Shown in pieces: positions 9,503 to 18,414 of a stretch of DNA of 64,000 nucleotides. A program made the position numbers and the translations under genes. The notes under the pieces are model-generated. The model was not told the DNA's origin. It did no database searches and saw only the letters and a list, made by a program, of their open reading frames with translations. This stretch comes from Reclinomonas americana ATCC 50394 (Eukaryota). The stretch spans positions 496,001 through 560,000 of the forward strand of contig PS015010.1 in the NCBI GenBank assembly GCA_048213135.1. Direction: 5' to 3'. How positions within the stretch are numbered: position 1 is the first letter of the stretch; each line of letters starts with the position of its first letter.

Positions 9503-11027
9503 AATTAAAGTCTTCCTCGTTATAATCCTCCTCATCAAAATGTTCGCTTCCAATATTCAGCATACTGCCCATCAGGTCCTTGAATTCGATACGACCTTCA
9601 AGCACTTTCTTACTGATTAGAGAATGCGCCGCCAGACCATGCAATACAAATTCCATGAGCAGGGCGTTTTCTTTATCACTGGCCAGGCTGAAGTATTTTT
9701 TCACGAGAGCGTATAAACCATCTACTTTGTACAGCAACTGTATCTTGTCATTATCCGTGGCTTCAAAGAAATTATTCAGCGAATGCCCGGCATCAAACCA
9801 GCGGGTAATGGCTTTATAAGGGTTCTCTTCCGTACCGGCATCCTTGCCTTTTCTTTTCTTTAAAGAGTCGGGGTTGGGGAAATAAACACCGAACTGGGTG
9901 CGTATGGCTTTTTCCAAAAGGTTAAAAGCTACCTGGTAGGGGCCTTCCTGTTCGCCTTCATATACCAGTTCTATTTTGCCGGTAATGGCGGGAATGATGC
10001 CTACAAGATCGCTGATCCACACCTGGGTGGATGGTTCGTTATTGATCATGGCCCTGCGTTCGGCGGCACTCACCGCGTTTTCGTAGGCGCTGATGGTGAG
10101 CCTGGCGCTTACCCCGCTTTTCTTATCCACCAGTTCACTTTCCCTGGCTTCAAAAGCCACCTGTTCTATCAGCCTTTTTACCAGGTCGCTTATTTCTATC
10201 TTATTCTTTTGTTCTTCGGGTATCAGCGCTTCCTGCTCGGTGATCTCCAGCGAGGTTTCGATGGAGCGGGGGTAGTGGGTCAATATCTGGCTCTGGATAC
10301 GGTCTTTCAGCGGTGTAACAATGCTGCCCCTGTTGGTATAATCTTCCGGGTTGGCGGTGAACACAAACATCACGTCTAAGGGTAAACGCAGTTTAAAGCC
10401 GCGTATCTGCAGGTCGCCTTCTTCGAGTATGTTGAAAAGCGACACCTGTATACGGGCCTGCAGGTCGGGCAGTTCGTTGATCACGAAAATGCAACGGTTG
10501 CTGCGGGGGATGATACCATAGTGCAGCACCCTTTCATCGGCAAAACTCAGTTTGAGATTGGCAGCTTTAATAGGGTCGATATCGCCGATAAGGTCCGCCA
10601 CACTTACATCAGGTGTAGCCAGTTTTTCACCATAGCGCTGGCTGCGGTGTAACCAACCAATGGGTGTGCTGTCGCCTTTCTCCGCGATGAGATCAACCGC
10701 GTACCGTGAAATGGGATGGAACGGATCGTCATTGATCTCGCTGCCTTCCACCACGGGAATGTACTCATCCAGCAGGTTGATCATCTGCCTGGCCATACGG
10801 GTTTTGGCCTGTCCGCGTAAACCGAGGAACAGGATATTGTGGCGGGAAAGGAGTGCCCGTTCAGTATCGGGTATCACACTGTCTTCATAACCCAGTATGC
10901 CCGGGAAAGGGTTTTCTCTTGCCTTAATGGTTTTGATCAGGTTATCGCGTATTTCCTGTTTGATGGATTTGGGTACATAACCTGTTTTCTTTAATTCACC
11001 GAGTGTTTGTATTGTTGGTATTGACAT
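9501..11027 (-). CDS. AAA+ ATPase, Mg-chelatase/MoxR-like
   Basis: Walker A variant GLRGQAKT, Walker B variant FVINE, FTANPEDY, PLKDR; paired with a vWA gene. Confidence 0.85.
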   Translation of the reverse strand: MSIPTIQTLGELKKTGYVPKSIKQEIRDNLIKTIKARENPFPGILGYEDSVIPDTERALLSRHNILFLGLRGQAKTRMARQMINLLDEYIPVVEGSEINDDPFHPISRYAVDLIAEKGDSTPIGWLHRSQRYGEKLATPDVSVADLIGDIDPIKAANLKLSFADERVLHYGIIPRSNRCIFVINELPDLQARIQVSLFNILEEGDLQIRGFKLRLPLDVMFVFTANPEDYTNRGSIVTPLKDRIQSQILTHYPRSIETSLEITEQEALIPEEQKNKIEISDLVKRLIEQVAFEARESELVDKKSGVSARLTISAYENAVSAAERRAMINNEPSTQVWISDLVGIIPAITGKIELVYEGEQEGPYQVAFNLLEKAIRTQFGVYFPNPDSLKKRKGKDAGTEENPYKAITRWFDAGHSLNNFFEATDNDKIQLLYKVDGLYALVKKYFSLASDKENALLMEFVLHGLAAHSLISKKVLEGRIEFKDLMGSMLNIGSEHFDEEDYNEEDFN

Positions 11028-11029
11028 AA

Positions 11030-11467
11030 TTAATAATCGGAAGTTGTAACAATTTTAAATTTATATATCCCTTTCTGTTTAAATGCTTCTTTCAGATTTC
11101 GAAAGGATTCTCTTTTGCCTAAAGCCATATCACCTCTTACCATTACAGACTCCGGCATTTTACTCATATCCAGGTGATATTGCTGTTCCAGGCTGTCAAA
11201 CGCTTTCCTGAGATTCTCCGTTAAAGGCGGAGTTACGTGTATATAATTCTGTTCGTTTATCGAACTGTCATATTTGACCCAAATGGAGGTATCACTTTTT
11301 ACCAGGATAAACACGCAGTAACTACCGGGTTTCTGTTTGGATGAAACGCTTTTAGGGGTTTCTACGCTTACACTTTCGGGTGGCCTTTCATAATTACTGC
11401 ACCTGCAGACTGTAAGCAACAGCAAGCCAAAGCTAAAGCCCCGCAGGCTCCATAATCTATAATTCAT
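11030..11467 (-). CDS. Hypothetical exported protein with ExbD-like C-terminal region
   Basis: Hydrophobic N-terminus ending in VCRC (possible lipoprotein); VMVRGD...FRNLKEAFKQKGIYKFKIVT resembles the ExbD/TolR periplasmic domain. Confidence 0.55.
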   Translation of the reverse strand: MNYRLWSLRGFSFGLLLLTVCRCSNYERPPESVSVETPKSVSSKQKPGSYCVFILVKSDTSIWVKYDSSINEQNYIHVTPPLTENLRKAFDSLEQQYHLDMSKMPESVMVRGDMALGKRESFRNLKEAFKQKGIYKFKIVTTSDY

Positions 11468-11485
11468 AATTCTTAATTCCTAATT
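11451..11485. repeat. Five degenerate CNTAATT 7-mers overlapping the start of the 145-aa ORF
   Basis: cataatc tataatt cataatt cttaatt cctaatt; reads AATTANG on the minus strand directly after the vWA stop. Confidence 0.8.
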
Positions 11486-12603
11486 CAATAAACCGTTTTC
11501 CTTTTCCCGCTTTCAAAATCCTTAAAAATGAAAGCTCCCAGCCTGTCGAGCGAAGCAAAGAAGGCCTTGCCGTTATTGCATTCGGTGAATTCCTGTACAA
11601 AACGCTGCAGGTACGGGTCCGATGCGATCATAAAGGTAGTGATGGGGATCTTCAGTTTCTTACATTGTGTGGCCAGGCTCATACAGCGGTTGAGTATCTT
11701 CCTGTCGGCACCCCAACTGTTTTTGTAATATTTCTTCCCGATCTTAAGACAGGTGGGCTTGCCATCGGTGATCATAAAGATCTGTTTATTGGGATTACGC
11801 CTTTTCCTCAGCAGGTCCATCGCCAGTTCCAGTCCTGCAACTGTATTGGTATGATAGGGTCCCACCTGCAAATAGGGCAGGTCCTTGATCTCGATAGGCC
11901 AGGCGTCGTTGCCAAATACCACGATGTCGAGTGTGTCTTTGGGGTACTTGGTTTTGATGAGTTCGCTCAGCGCCATGGCTACTTTCTTGGCAGGCGTTAT
12001 CCTGTCTTCACCATAGAGGATCATGGAGTGGGATATATCGATCATCAGCACCGTTGAGGTCTGCGATTTGAAATCAGTTTCCCTGATCTCCAGGTCATCC
12101 TCATGCATACGGAAACTATCGATGCCATGATTGATCTGTGCATTGCGGATGGAACTGGTAAAATCGATCTGTTCCATGGTATCCCCAAACTGGAAGGGCC
12201 GGGTTTCGGGATTAATCTCATCGCCGCCGCCGGGCTTGAACGTGTTGTGGTTGCCCTGCTTACTTTTTTTAAGTTTCCCGAATATTTCTTCGAGGCTCTT
12301 CTTACGAATTCCCTGCTCTGTCTTTGAAGTGATCTTAATGTCGCCATTAGGCCTGTCTTCATCGATATATCCTTTCTCTTTCAGGTCCTCAATAAAATCA
12401 CCGATACCATAATCGCCGTTGGTGAGCTTATATTCTTTATCCAGCTCATTGAGCCACTGCATGGCTTCGTTGAAATCGCCATTGGTATACGTGAGTAACT
12501 GGAGAAAAAGATCCAGGAGTTTTTCGAAAGGAGACTTACCCTGCGCATCCGGATCGAATTTTGAAAAATGAAATCCCCGCATCTGATTGGTGGCAACAGT
12601 CAT
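11485..12603 (-). CDS. vWA domain-containing protein (start may be 12582)
   Basis: MIDAS motif DISHS, TN, ITDG. Confidence 0.9.
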   Translation of the reverse strand: MTVATNQMRGFHFSKFDPDAQGKSPFEKLLDLFLQLLTYTNGDFNEAMQWLNELDKEYKLTNGDYGIGDFIEDLKEKGYIDEDRPNGDIKITSKTEQGIRKKSLEEIFGKLKKSKQGNHNTFKPGGGDEINPETRPFQFGDTMEQIDFTSSIRNAQINHGIDSFRMHEDDLEIRETDFKSQTSTVLMIDISHSMILYGEDRITPAKKVAMALSELIKTKYPKDTLDIVVFGNDAWPIEIKDLPYLQVGPYHTNTVAGLELAMDLLRKRRNPNKQIFMITDGKPTCLKIGKKYYKNSWGADRKILNRCMSLATQCKKLKIPITTFMIASDPYLQRFVQEFTECNNGKAFFASLDRLGAFIFKDFESGKRKTVY

Positions 12604-12667
12604 TTGAAACTGCCGCCATCATGCAATTTACGAAACATTTAATTTTTTCGATGGGTTGTATTGTTAA

Positions 12668-12699
12668 ATAAAAAGATCCCCCGCGGAGGGCGGGGGATC
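12668..12699 (-). terminator. Intrinsic terminator of the DUF2723 gene
   Basis: GATCCCCCGC...GCGGGGGATC hairpin followed by a U-rich tract on the minus strand. Confidence 0.85.
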
Positions 12700-12720
12700 G
12701 GGTATTGAAGAAAATATGCT

Positions 12721-15700
12721 TTAATGTTTGGGTGAATCAGGTTTGCCTTGCGGAACACCCTGTGCTTTGATGGCATTGGGGCTTTCTGCCGGAGGTGGTG
12801 CAGCCTGGTTCTTAAACTGCTGTTCCATCATCTGTATTTGCGCCAGGTACCTTTCTGCATCGTTCCTGTCGCCGCGTTTATTGCCGCGCTGGTCAACATA
12901 ATCGAAAGCGGAAACCTGGTCGTCGCTCAATTTGGAATAGTATTCCAGTTGCTGCTGCAGGTCTTTTTTCAGGCTTTTGGTGATCTTGGCGGCCAGTACA
13001 GTGTCTCCTGATAAGTAGGAGGCTTGCAGCATCAGCATAGAGATGAAGTTGTGCTGCTGGCTGCGGGATACCATGCCGTAAGGGAAGTTCTCTTCCAGCA
13101 TCATTTTATCGCATTTGTCCAGCATTTTGCGGGCTTCTTCTTTCTTGCCATTTTGTGCAAGGCTCATCGCGGCGGCGGCATAGGCCTGGCGGATGCTGTT
13201 GAGGTGCCTGCGGTTCTCTTCATCGAAATACACACCGGGTTTATCGCAATTGCCAAACTGGAATTTATTCAGCATCACTTTCGGACCTGATTCTTCATTG
13301 AAGTATTTGTCGCCCGACAGTACGGGTACCAGCCTGTAAGTAAGTCCATCCTGCCTCAGGTAATCCTGGAAGCCGAGGCCTCCACCATCCTGTGAGGTAA
13401 AGTAAATAGGACGTTTCCACTGGTTGGCGGCGATGATATTCAAAATAGCGGCGTCGTTCTTAAACAACACATTCTTAGGTATGGTAAATACAACATTGTT
13501 CACCACGCTGTCATTGGCATTAACGGTGCCATTTTGTTTTACCACGTTCATATCTACAGGCAGACTAACCAGTCGTGCAGGAAGAATATTAATCATACTG
13601 CCATCCCTTCCCTGTTCGGTGCGGTTGGGGTCATCACTGCCGGCATAGTCCCTCATCATGGTCAGCAGGTCCTGCGGTTGGGCAGGATCACCGGTAAGTC
13701 CGGCCTTGGCCCTGAACTGGTTTACCATGGAAGTGTTGCTGCCATATATGCTTTCGAGTGTGTATACTACGTCGCGGTTAGCACCTTCAATCTGTGCCGG
13801 GCTCCAGAGCGGATCGATAGGAGCGCTTTCATTCACTTTATAACGCAGCTGGTTAATGTACCAGTCGGTACCCAGCAGGCTGGCGTTGATCACGCGGATA
13901 TCCCTGCGGATGCCCTGCACTTCCTGTGCATACCAGAGCGGGTAAGTATCATTATCTCCAAATGAAACAAGTATGGCGTTGGGCGCACAACTTTCTAAAT
14001 AGTCAATGGCCAGGTCGCGGGCCAGGGTTTTGTTGCTGCGGTCGTGGTCATCCCATTCCTGGCTGGCCATCAGCACCGGCACGGCAAGCGTACAAACGGC
14101 GCCGGCTACAACAGTGGCGGTCATGGCGCTTTTTATCGCTTTGGAAAGCAGTTCTCTTACATAAAGCACACCCAGGCCTATCCATATGGCGAACGCGTAG
14201 AAGGAACCTACAAACGCGTAGTCACGTTCACGGGGCTGGTTACCCGCCTGGTTGAGGTAGAATACAATGGCGAAACCGGTGAGTACAAATAATAACCCAA
14301 CCACCAGTCCGTCGCGTTTGTCTTTCATCACCTGGTATACCAGGCCCAGTATACCCAGCAGCAGTGGCAGGGCAAACAGTTTGTTGTTGGCTTTATTGTT
14401 TTTCACGCTGTCGGGCATCGCGTCCTGGTCGCCCAGGCGCATATTATCCCAGAAACCGATACCGGTTTTCCAGTTACCGTCGCGAACATTGCTCATGTGT
14501 ACGCCCTGTATATCGTTCTGCTTACCGGCGAAGTTCCACATGAAATAACGCATATACATCCAGCCTACCTGGTAGCTCATGGCAAAGGCGATGTTCTCGC
14601 CCATTGTAGGCGGCCTTTCCCAGTTGCCTTGCTGATCTTTGCCAATGCCCATCCAGGCGGCATAGTAATCTGCGTGACCCTGGTCATTGCTCTGGTCCCA
14701 CATACGGGGGAACAGGTGTTTGTCGGCAGGAGCGTATACATATTCTACTTTACGTCCGTTCTTTTCATAACGTCCGTTGCTTTTTACATAAGTTTCTGTC
14801 ACTTTGGTTTCCTGCGGATCGGCAGTGAAATCCTGTCCGTATAATATCGGCCAGTCGCCGTATTGTTCACGGCCCAGGTAGCCTACCAGGTTAACCGGGT
14901 TGTCTACGTTGAACATATCAACAGCCGGATCGGCATTACTGCGGATGAGGGTAGTGAAGTAGGTGGAGTAACCGAGCAGCATGAAGACGAAGCTCCAGAG
15001 GCCCAGTTTCAAAAAGTTCCAGTTCCTTTTTTGCGCCAGGCGCAGGCCCAGGAAAATGAGTGCACCCAGGAAAATGAAGAAGAAGGCGAAACCGGAGAAG
15101 AAGGGCAGGCCGAAGCTGTTCACGAACAGGATATCGAAATTGCCGGCTCCTTTGATGCTCCATTGAATAACGGCTTTCAGCACAAGACCAGTGAGCAGGC
15201 AGCCTATAATGAAGGCGATGAATGTACGCCACTGGGTGATCTTCTCATAACGTTTGTAGTAGTAGATGATCACAATCGCGGGGATCGTAAGCAGGTTCAG
15301 CAGATGGACGCCGATGGACAGGCCCATCAGGTAAAATATCAGGATGATCCAGCGGTCGGCACGGGTGAAATGTCCTTTGATGCCCCTTGAATTTTCCTCG
15401 TCTACGTTCTGTTCCCATTTCAGCATGGCCCAGAATACGAGAGCGGTGAAGAAAGAAGACAGGGCGTACACTTCGCCTTCCACGGCGCTGTACCAGAATG
15501 AATCGGAGAAAGTATAAGCAAGTGCACCTACTACGCCGGCGGCCATGATGCCAATAACCTGGTCATTGGTAAGGGCGGCGGAAGGGTTGGCTTTAACAAC
15601 GATCTTACGGGCAAAATGGGTAATGCTCCAGAAGAGGAAGAGAATGGTGAAACCGCTGGCCAGCGCGCTCATCAGGTTCACACCTGTAGCGGCGTGCTCG

Positions 15701-15906
15701 GGCCCGAAAGGCACCATAAAAATACGGCCAATGAGTACGAAAAGAGGGGCTCCCGGCGGATGCGGTATCTGGAGTTTGTAGGCACTCGAAGCAAATTCGC
15801 CGCAGTCCCACAAACTGCCGGTGGCTTCCATGGTCATAATGTACACGGCACAGGCAATGATACATACGATCCACCCGGTGATGTTGTTGATACGTTTAAA
15901 GCTCAT
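12721..15906 (-). CDS. DUF2723 / TMEM260-like multi-pass membrane glycosyltransferase
   Basis: WDCGEF, HPPGAPLF, AVEGEVYA, RERDYAF and GDNDTYPLWY motifs; many TM helices; helical C-terminus. Confidence 0.88.
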   Translation of the reverse strand: MSFKRINNITGWIVCIIACAVYIMTMEATGSLWDCGEFASSAYKLQIPHPPGAPLFVLIGRIFMVPFGPEHAATGVNLMSALASGFTILFLFWSITHFARKIVVKANPSAALTNDQVIGIMAAGVVGALAYTFSDSFWYSAVEGEVYALSSFFTALVFWAMLKWEQNVDEENSRGIKGHFTRADRWIILIFYLMGLSIGVHLLNLLTIPAIVIIYYYKRYEKITQWRTFIAFIIGCLLTGLVLKAVIQWSIKGAGNFDILFVNSFGLPFFSGFAFFFIFLGALIFLGLRLAQKRNWNFLKLGLWSFVFMLLGYSTYFTTLIRSNADPAVDMFNVDNPVNLVGYLGREQYGDWPILYGQDFTADPQETKVTETYVKSNGRYEKNGRKVEYVYAPADKHLFPRMWDQSNDQGHADYYAAWMGIGKDQQGNWERPPTMGENIAFAMSYQVGWMYMRYFMWNFAGKQNDIQGVHMSNVRDGNWKTGIGFWDNMRLGDQDAMPDSVKNNKANNKLFALPLLLGILGLVYQVMKDKRDGLVVGLLFVLTGFAIVFYLNQAGNQPRERDYAFVGSFYAFAIWIGLGVLYVRELLSKAIKSAMTATVVAGAVCTLAVPVLMASQEWDDHDRSNKTLARDLAIDYLESCAPNAILVSFGDNDTYPLWYAQEVQGIRRDIRVINASLLGTDWYINQLRYKVNESAPIDPLWSPAQIEGANRDVVYTLESIYGSNTSMVNQFRAKAGLTGDPAQPQDLLTMMRDYAGSDDPNRTEQGRDGSMINILPARLVSLPVDMNVVKQNGTVNANDSVVNNVVFTIPKNVLFKNDAAILNIIAANQWKRPIYFTSQDGGGLGFQDYLRQDGLTYRLVPVLSGDKYFNEESGPKVMLNKFQFGNCDKPGVYFDEENRRHLNSIRQAYAAAAMSLAQNGKKEEARKMLDKCDKMMLEENFPYGMVSRSQQHNFISMLMLQASYLSGDTVLAAKITKSLKKDLQQQLEYYSKLSDDQVSAFDYVDQRGNKRGDRNDAERYLAQIQMMEQQFKNQAAPPPAESPNAIKAQGVPQGKPDSPKH

Positions 15907-15930
15907 ACGTTTTTTTGGTTATAAGGTGGG

Positions 15931-15938
15931 CAAATATA
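15931..15938 (-). promoter_or_regulatory. -7 box TATATTTG of the DUF2723 gene
   Basis: Exact TAnnTTTG 24 nt upstream of the ATG. Confidence 0.7.
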
Positions 15939-16031
15939 AACAGTTTAGGCTTTGCAGTCCTCATTTGCAGGTTTTTTGTTACCAGCGGCGGGTCATATTT
16001 TCTCCTGTTCTTAACATCGGCAATTACGGGC

Positions 16032-16039
16032 TAACTTTG
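16032..16039 (+). promoter_or_regulatory. -7 box TAACTTTG of the EamA gene
   Basis: Exact consensus ending 5 nt before the ATG. Confidence 0.7.
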
Positions 16040-16044
16040 GCCGC

Positions 16045-16920
16045 ATGAAAAAGGCCCTCTTCCAGTTGCACATCGCTGTTTTCCTGGCCGGCTTTACGGC
16101 CATCCTGGGCAAACTGATCCATCTTAATGAGGGGCTGCTGGTGGGGTACCGTATACTGCTGACGGTGGTCACCCTGTTCCTGCTGCTTTGGTTCCGCGGA
16201 CAACTGGAAAGCATGCATTGGAAGGAAGCGCTGAAGACAGGCGGGGTAGGGCTGATCGTAGCCCTGCACTGGGTAACTTTTTACGGTAGTGTAAAGTATG
16301 CGAATGTTTCCGTAGCGCTGGTCTGTTTCAGTGCCACAGGATTTTTTACGGCGCTTTTTGAACCGTTCCTGCTCAGGAAAAATATGGAATGGGTGGAGCT
16401 GCTGCTGGGACTGCTGGCCATAGCAGGTATCTATATTATTTTTGATTTTCACCCGCAATACAAACTGGGTATTGTGTTCGGGATATTGTCGGCCGTGGGG
16501 AGTGCGTTGTTCCCTGTTTTCAACAAACAGTTACTGCAAAAACACCAGCCGCGTACGCTTACCCTGTACGAGCTGACCGGCGGGCTCATCGCTTTAAGCC
16601 TGTTACTCCCTTTATACCTCAGTTATTTTCCGGCTGATTATTACGTGCCCAGCGGGTGGGACTGGTGCTGGTTGCTGGTGCTCGCCTGGTTGTGTACCGT
16701 ACTTAGTTTCGACCTGCAACTGAATGCGCTGAAGAAGATTTCAGCCTTTACCGCCAACCTTACTTATAACCTCGAACCCATTTACGGCATCCTGCTCGCT
16801 TTTATTATTTTTCACGAGAATAAGCAACTGAATCCACGGTTCTATTTAGGCGTAGGACTTATATTACTGGCGGTTGTTCTCCAGATGATACGGGTTTACT
16901 ATCAACGGCAGCGGAACTGA
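16045..16920 (+). CDS. DMT/EamA family transporter
   Basis: About ten TM helices in two halves; FTAILGKLI, LEPIYGI motifs. Confidence 0.9.
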   Translation: MKKALFQLHIAVFLAGFTAILGKLIHLNEGLLVGYRILLTVVTLFLLLWFRGQLESMHWKEALKTGGVGLIVALHWVTFYGSVKYANVSVALVCFSATGFFTALFEPFLLRKNMEWVELLLGLLAIAGIYIIFDFHPQYKLGIVFGILSAVGSALFPVFNKQLLQKHQPRTLTLYELTGGLIALSLLLPLYLSYFPADYYVPSGWDWCWLLVLAWLCTVLSFDLQLNALKKISAFTANLTYNLEPIYGILLAFIIFHENKQLNPRFYLGVGLILLAVVLQMIRVYYQRQRN

Positions 16921-16936
16921 ATGGGAAGCGGTCTGC

Positions 16937-16985
16937 AATTACGAATTACGAATTACGAATTACGAATTACGAATTACGAATCACG
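16937..16985. repeat. (AATTACG)x6 perfect plus one imperfect copy
   Basis: Direct reading; overlaps the last codons and stop of the OsmC gene. Confidence 0.95.
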
Positions 16986-17389
16986 ATCTCGGTCTTCATG
17001 GTTGCGAAGTGGGAGAACATGGCGTATACACCGCAATATTTTTCCTGTGAAAGGTTGACTGCTTTTTCCATTTTGGGCCGGTCACTTTCCGCCATGGCGA
17101 TGGTGTAGGTGAGGGTGACGTGGTTGTATATTTTTGGGTGTTCTTCGGTGAGTGTGGCCTCTACCTGTATGGTGAAGTCGCGGAAGGGGACTTTCATTTT
17201 ATTCAGGATAGATACGATGTCAATGCCGGTGCAGCCCGAAAGAGAGGCCAGCATCAGCCTTTTGGGGCTTGGGCCACTGTCAGAACCGCCATCATCGGGT
17301 GTACTGTCGGTAATAACTGTGTGGCCGTTAATATCAGAAGAAAAAGCCATACCGGAGGTAAAACGGCTTTGGATGGAATGAGTAGTCAT
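16967..17389 (-). CDS. OsmC/YhfA family protein
   Basis: GPSPKRLMLASLSGC...LSQEKYCGV two-Cys pattern. Confidence 0.9.
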   Translation of the reverse strand: MTTHSIQSRFTSGMAFSSDINGHTVITDSTPDDGGSDSGPSPKRLMLASLSGCTGIDIVSILNKMKVPFRDFTIQVEATLTEEHPKIYNHVTLTYTIAMAESDRPKMEKAVNLSQEKYCGVYAMFSHFATMKTEIVIRNS

Positions 17390-17580
17390 TGAAAATGAGT
17401 GTTTTATAATAACTGAGTGTAATACAAAATTATAAATACTAAATCTTAAATATTAAATAATACATCCCGAATCGGCCTTTATTTCTGTATTTATACACAT
17501 CTGGTCCTTAAATGTGGGTACTTTTGCCGGGAAAATGAAAAATTCTTATTGAATAAGTGCCGATTATTCAATTTAAACCT

Positions 17581-17588
17581 TACCTTTG
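17581..17588 (+). promoter_or_regulatory. -7 box TACCTTTG of the rpmB operon
   Basis: Exact consensus 20 nt upstream of the rpmB ATG. Confidence 0.75.
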
Positions 17589-17608
17589 CCGTCCAAAATT
17601 TTAGTACA

Positions 17609-17845
17609 ATGGCAAGAGTATGTCAGGTAACAGGAAAGAAGCCGATCACTGGTAACAAGGTTTCTCACTCCAATATTAAGACAAAACGCAGGTTTTTACC
17701 GAATTTACAAACCAAGCGTTATTTCCTGGCCGAAGAAGACAGGTGGGTTACCCTCAAAGTATCTTCTGAAGCTATCCGGACGATCAATAAAAATGGTCTG
17801 CTGTCAGTAGTTAAAGAACTGCGTGCCGCCGGCGAAAAAATCTAA
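17609..17845 (+). CDS. rpmB: 50S ribosomal protein L28
   Basis: [33 protein letters not shown]; start moved to 17609. Confidence 0.97.
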   Translation: MARVCQVTGKKPITGNKVSHSNIKTKRRFLPNLQTKRYFLAEEDRWVTLKVSSEAIRTINKNGLLSVVKELRAAGEKI

Positions 17846-17892
17846 ATTCATTCTTTTCCGGAAGGGAAGGGAAACCATAAATATTCATTACA

Positions 17893-18075
17893 ATGGCAAA
17901 GAAAGGAAACAGGGTACAGGTAATACTGGAATGTACTGAGCACAAAACCAGTGGTCAGCCAGGTACCAGCCGTTACATCACTACCAAGAACAAAAAGAAT
18001 ACGCCTGAGCGTATGGAGTTGAAAAAATTCAACCCAATCCTGAAAAAAGTTACTGTTCACAAAGAAATCAAGTAA
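17893..18075 (+). CDS. rpmG: 50S ribosomal protein L33
   Basis: [33 protein letters not shown]. Confidence 0.97.
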   Translation: MAKKGNRVQVILECTEHKTSGQPGTSRYITTKNKKNTPERMELKKFNPILKKVTVHKEIK

Positions 18076-18124
18076 GAACCGGATTCCGATCCTCTTCTGC
18101 TCAACATCTATAAATTAATTTACA

Positions 18125-18295
18125 ATGGCAAAAGCAGCTAAAACCGCGATTAAGACCAAAGACCAGAAGGCAGCCGCCGACGCTAAGAACTGGACTAAGG
18201 TTATCCGCACGATCCGCAGCCCTAAAACAGGCGCTTATACTTTTAAAGAAGCGATCGTACACAAAGACAAGATCAAAGAACACCTCGCTGGTTAA
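18125..18295 (+). CDS. DUF4295 protein / Bacteroidota ribosomal protein bL38 (56 aa, not in ORF track)
   Basis: Manual translation MAKAAKTAIKTKDQKAAADAKNWTKVIRTIRSPKTGAYTFKEAIVHKDKIKEHLAG*; SPKTGAY.F motif; typical position between rpmG and ftsY. Confidence 0.9.
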   Translation: MAKAAKTAIKTKDQKAAADAKNWTKVIRTIRSPKTGAYTFKEAIVHKDKIKEHLAG

Positions 18296-18320
18296 TATCC
18301 GCCCGGTGCAAGAAAATATC

Positions 18321-18360
18321 AATAAAGCTGTTCTGTAACCCAGGATGGCTTTGTTTGTTT
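18321..18360 (+). terminator. Probable terminator/attenuator after the ribosomal genes
   Basis: AAAGCTGTTCTG...CAGGATGGCTTT hairpin (G-U pairs) followed by a T-rich tract. Confidence 0.6.
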
Positions 18361-18414
18361 ATACCCGCAAAGCTCCGGTACCCCACACGCCATCATTAAC
18401 ATCAACATCCGATC

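Noticed and set aside
16024-16458. 144-aa antisense ORF over EamA (and similar antisense ORFs over polX, priA, lysC, fbp)
   Set aside because: Fully overlaps a well-supported gene on the opposite strand and has no family signature.
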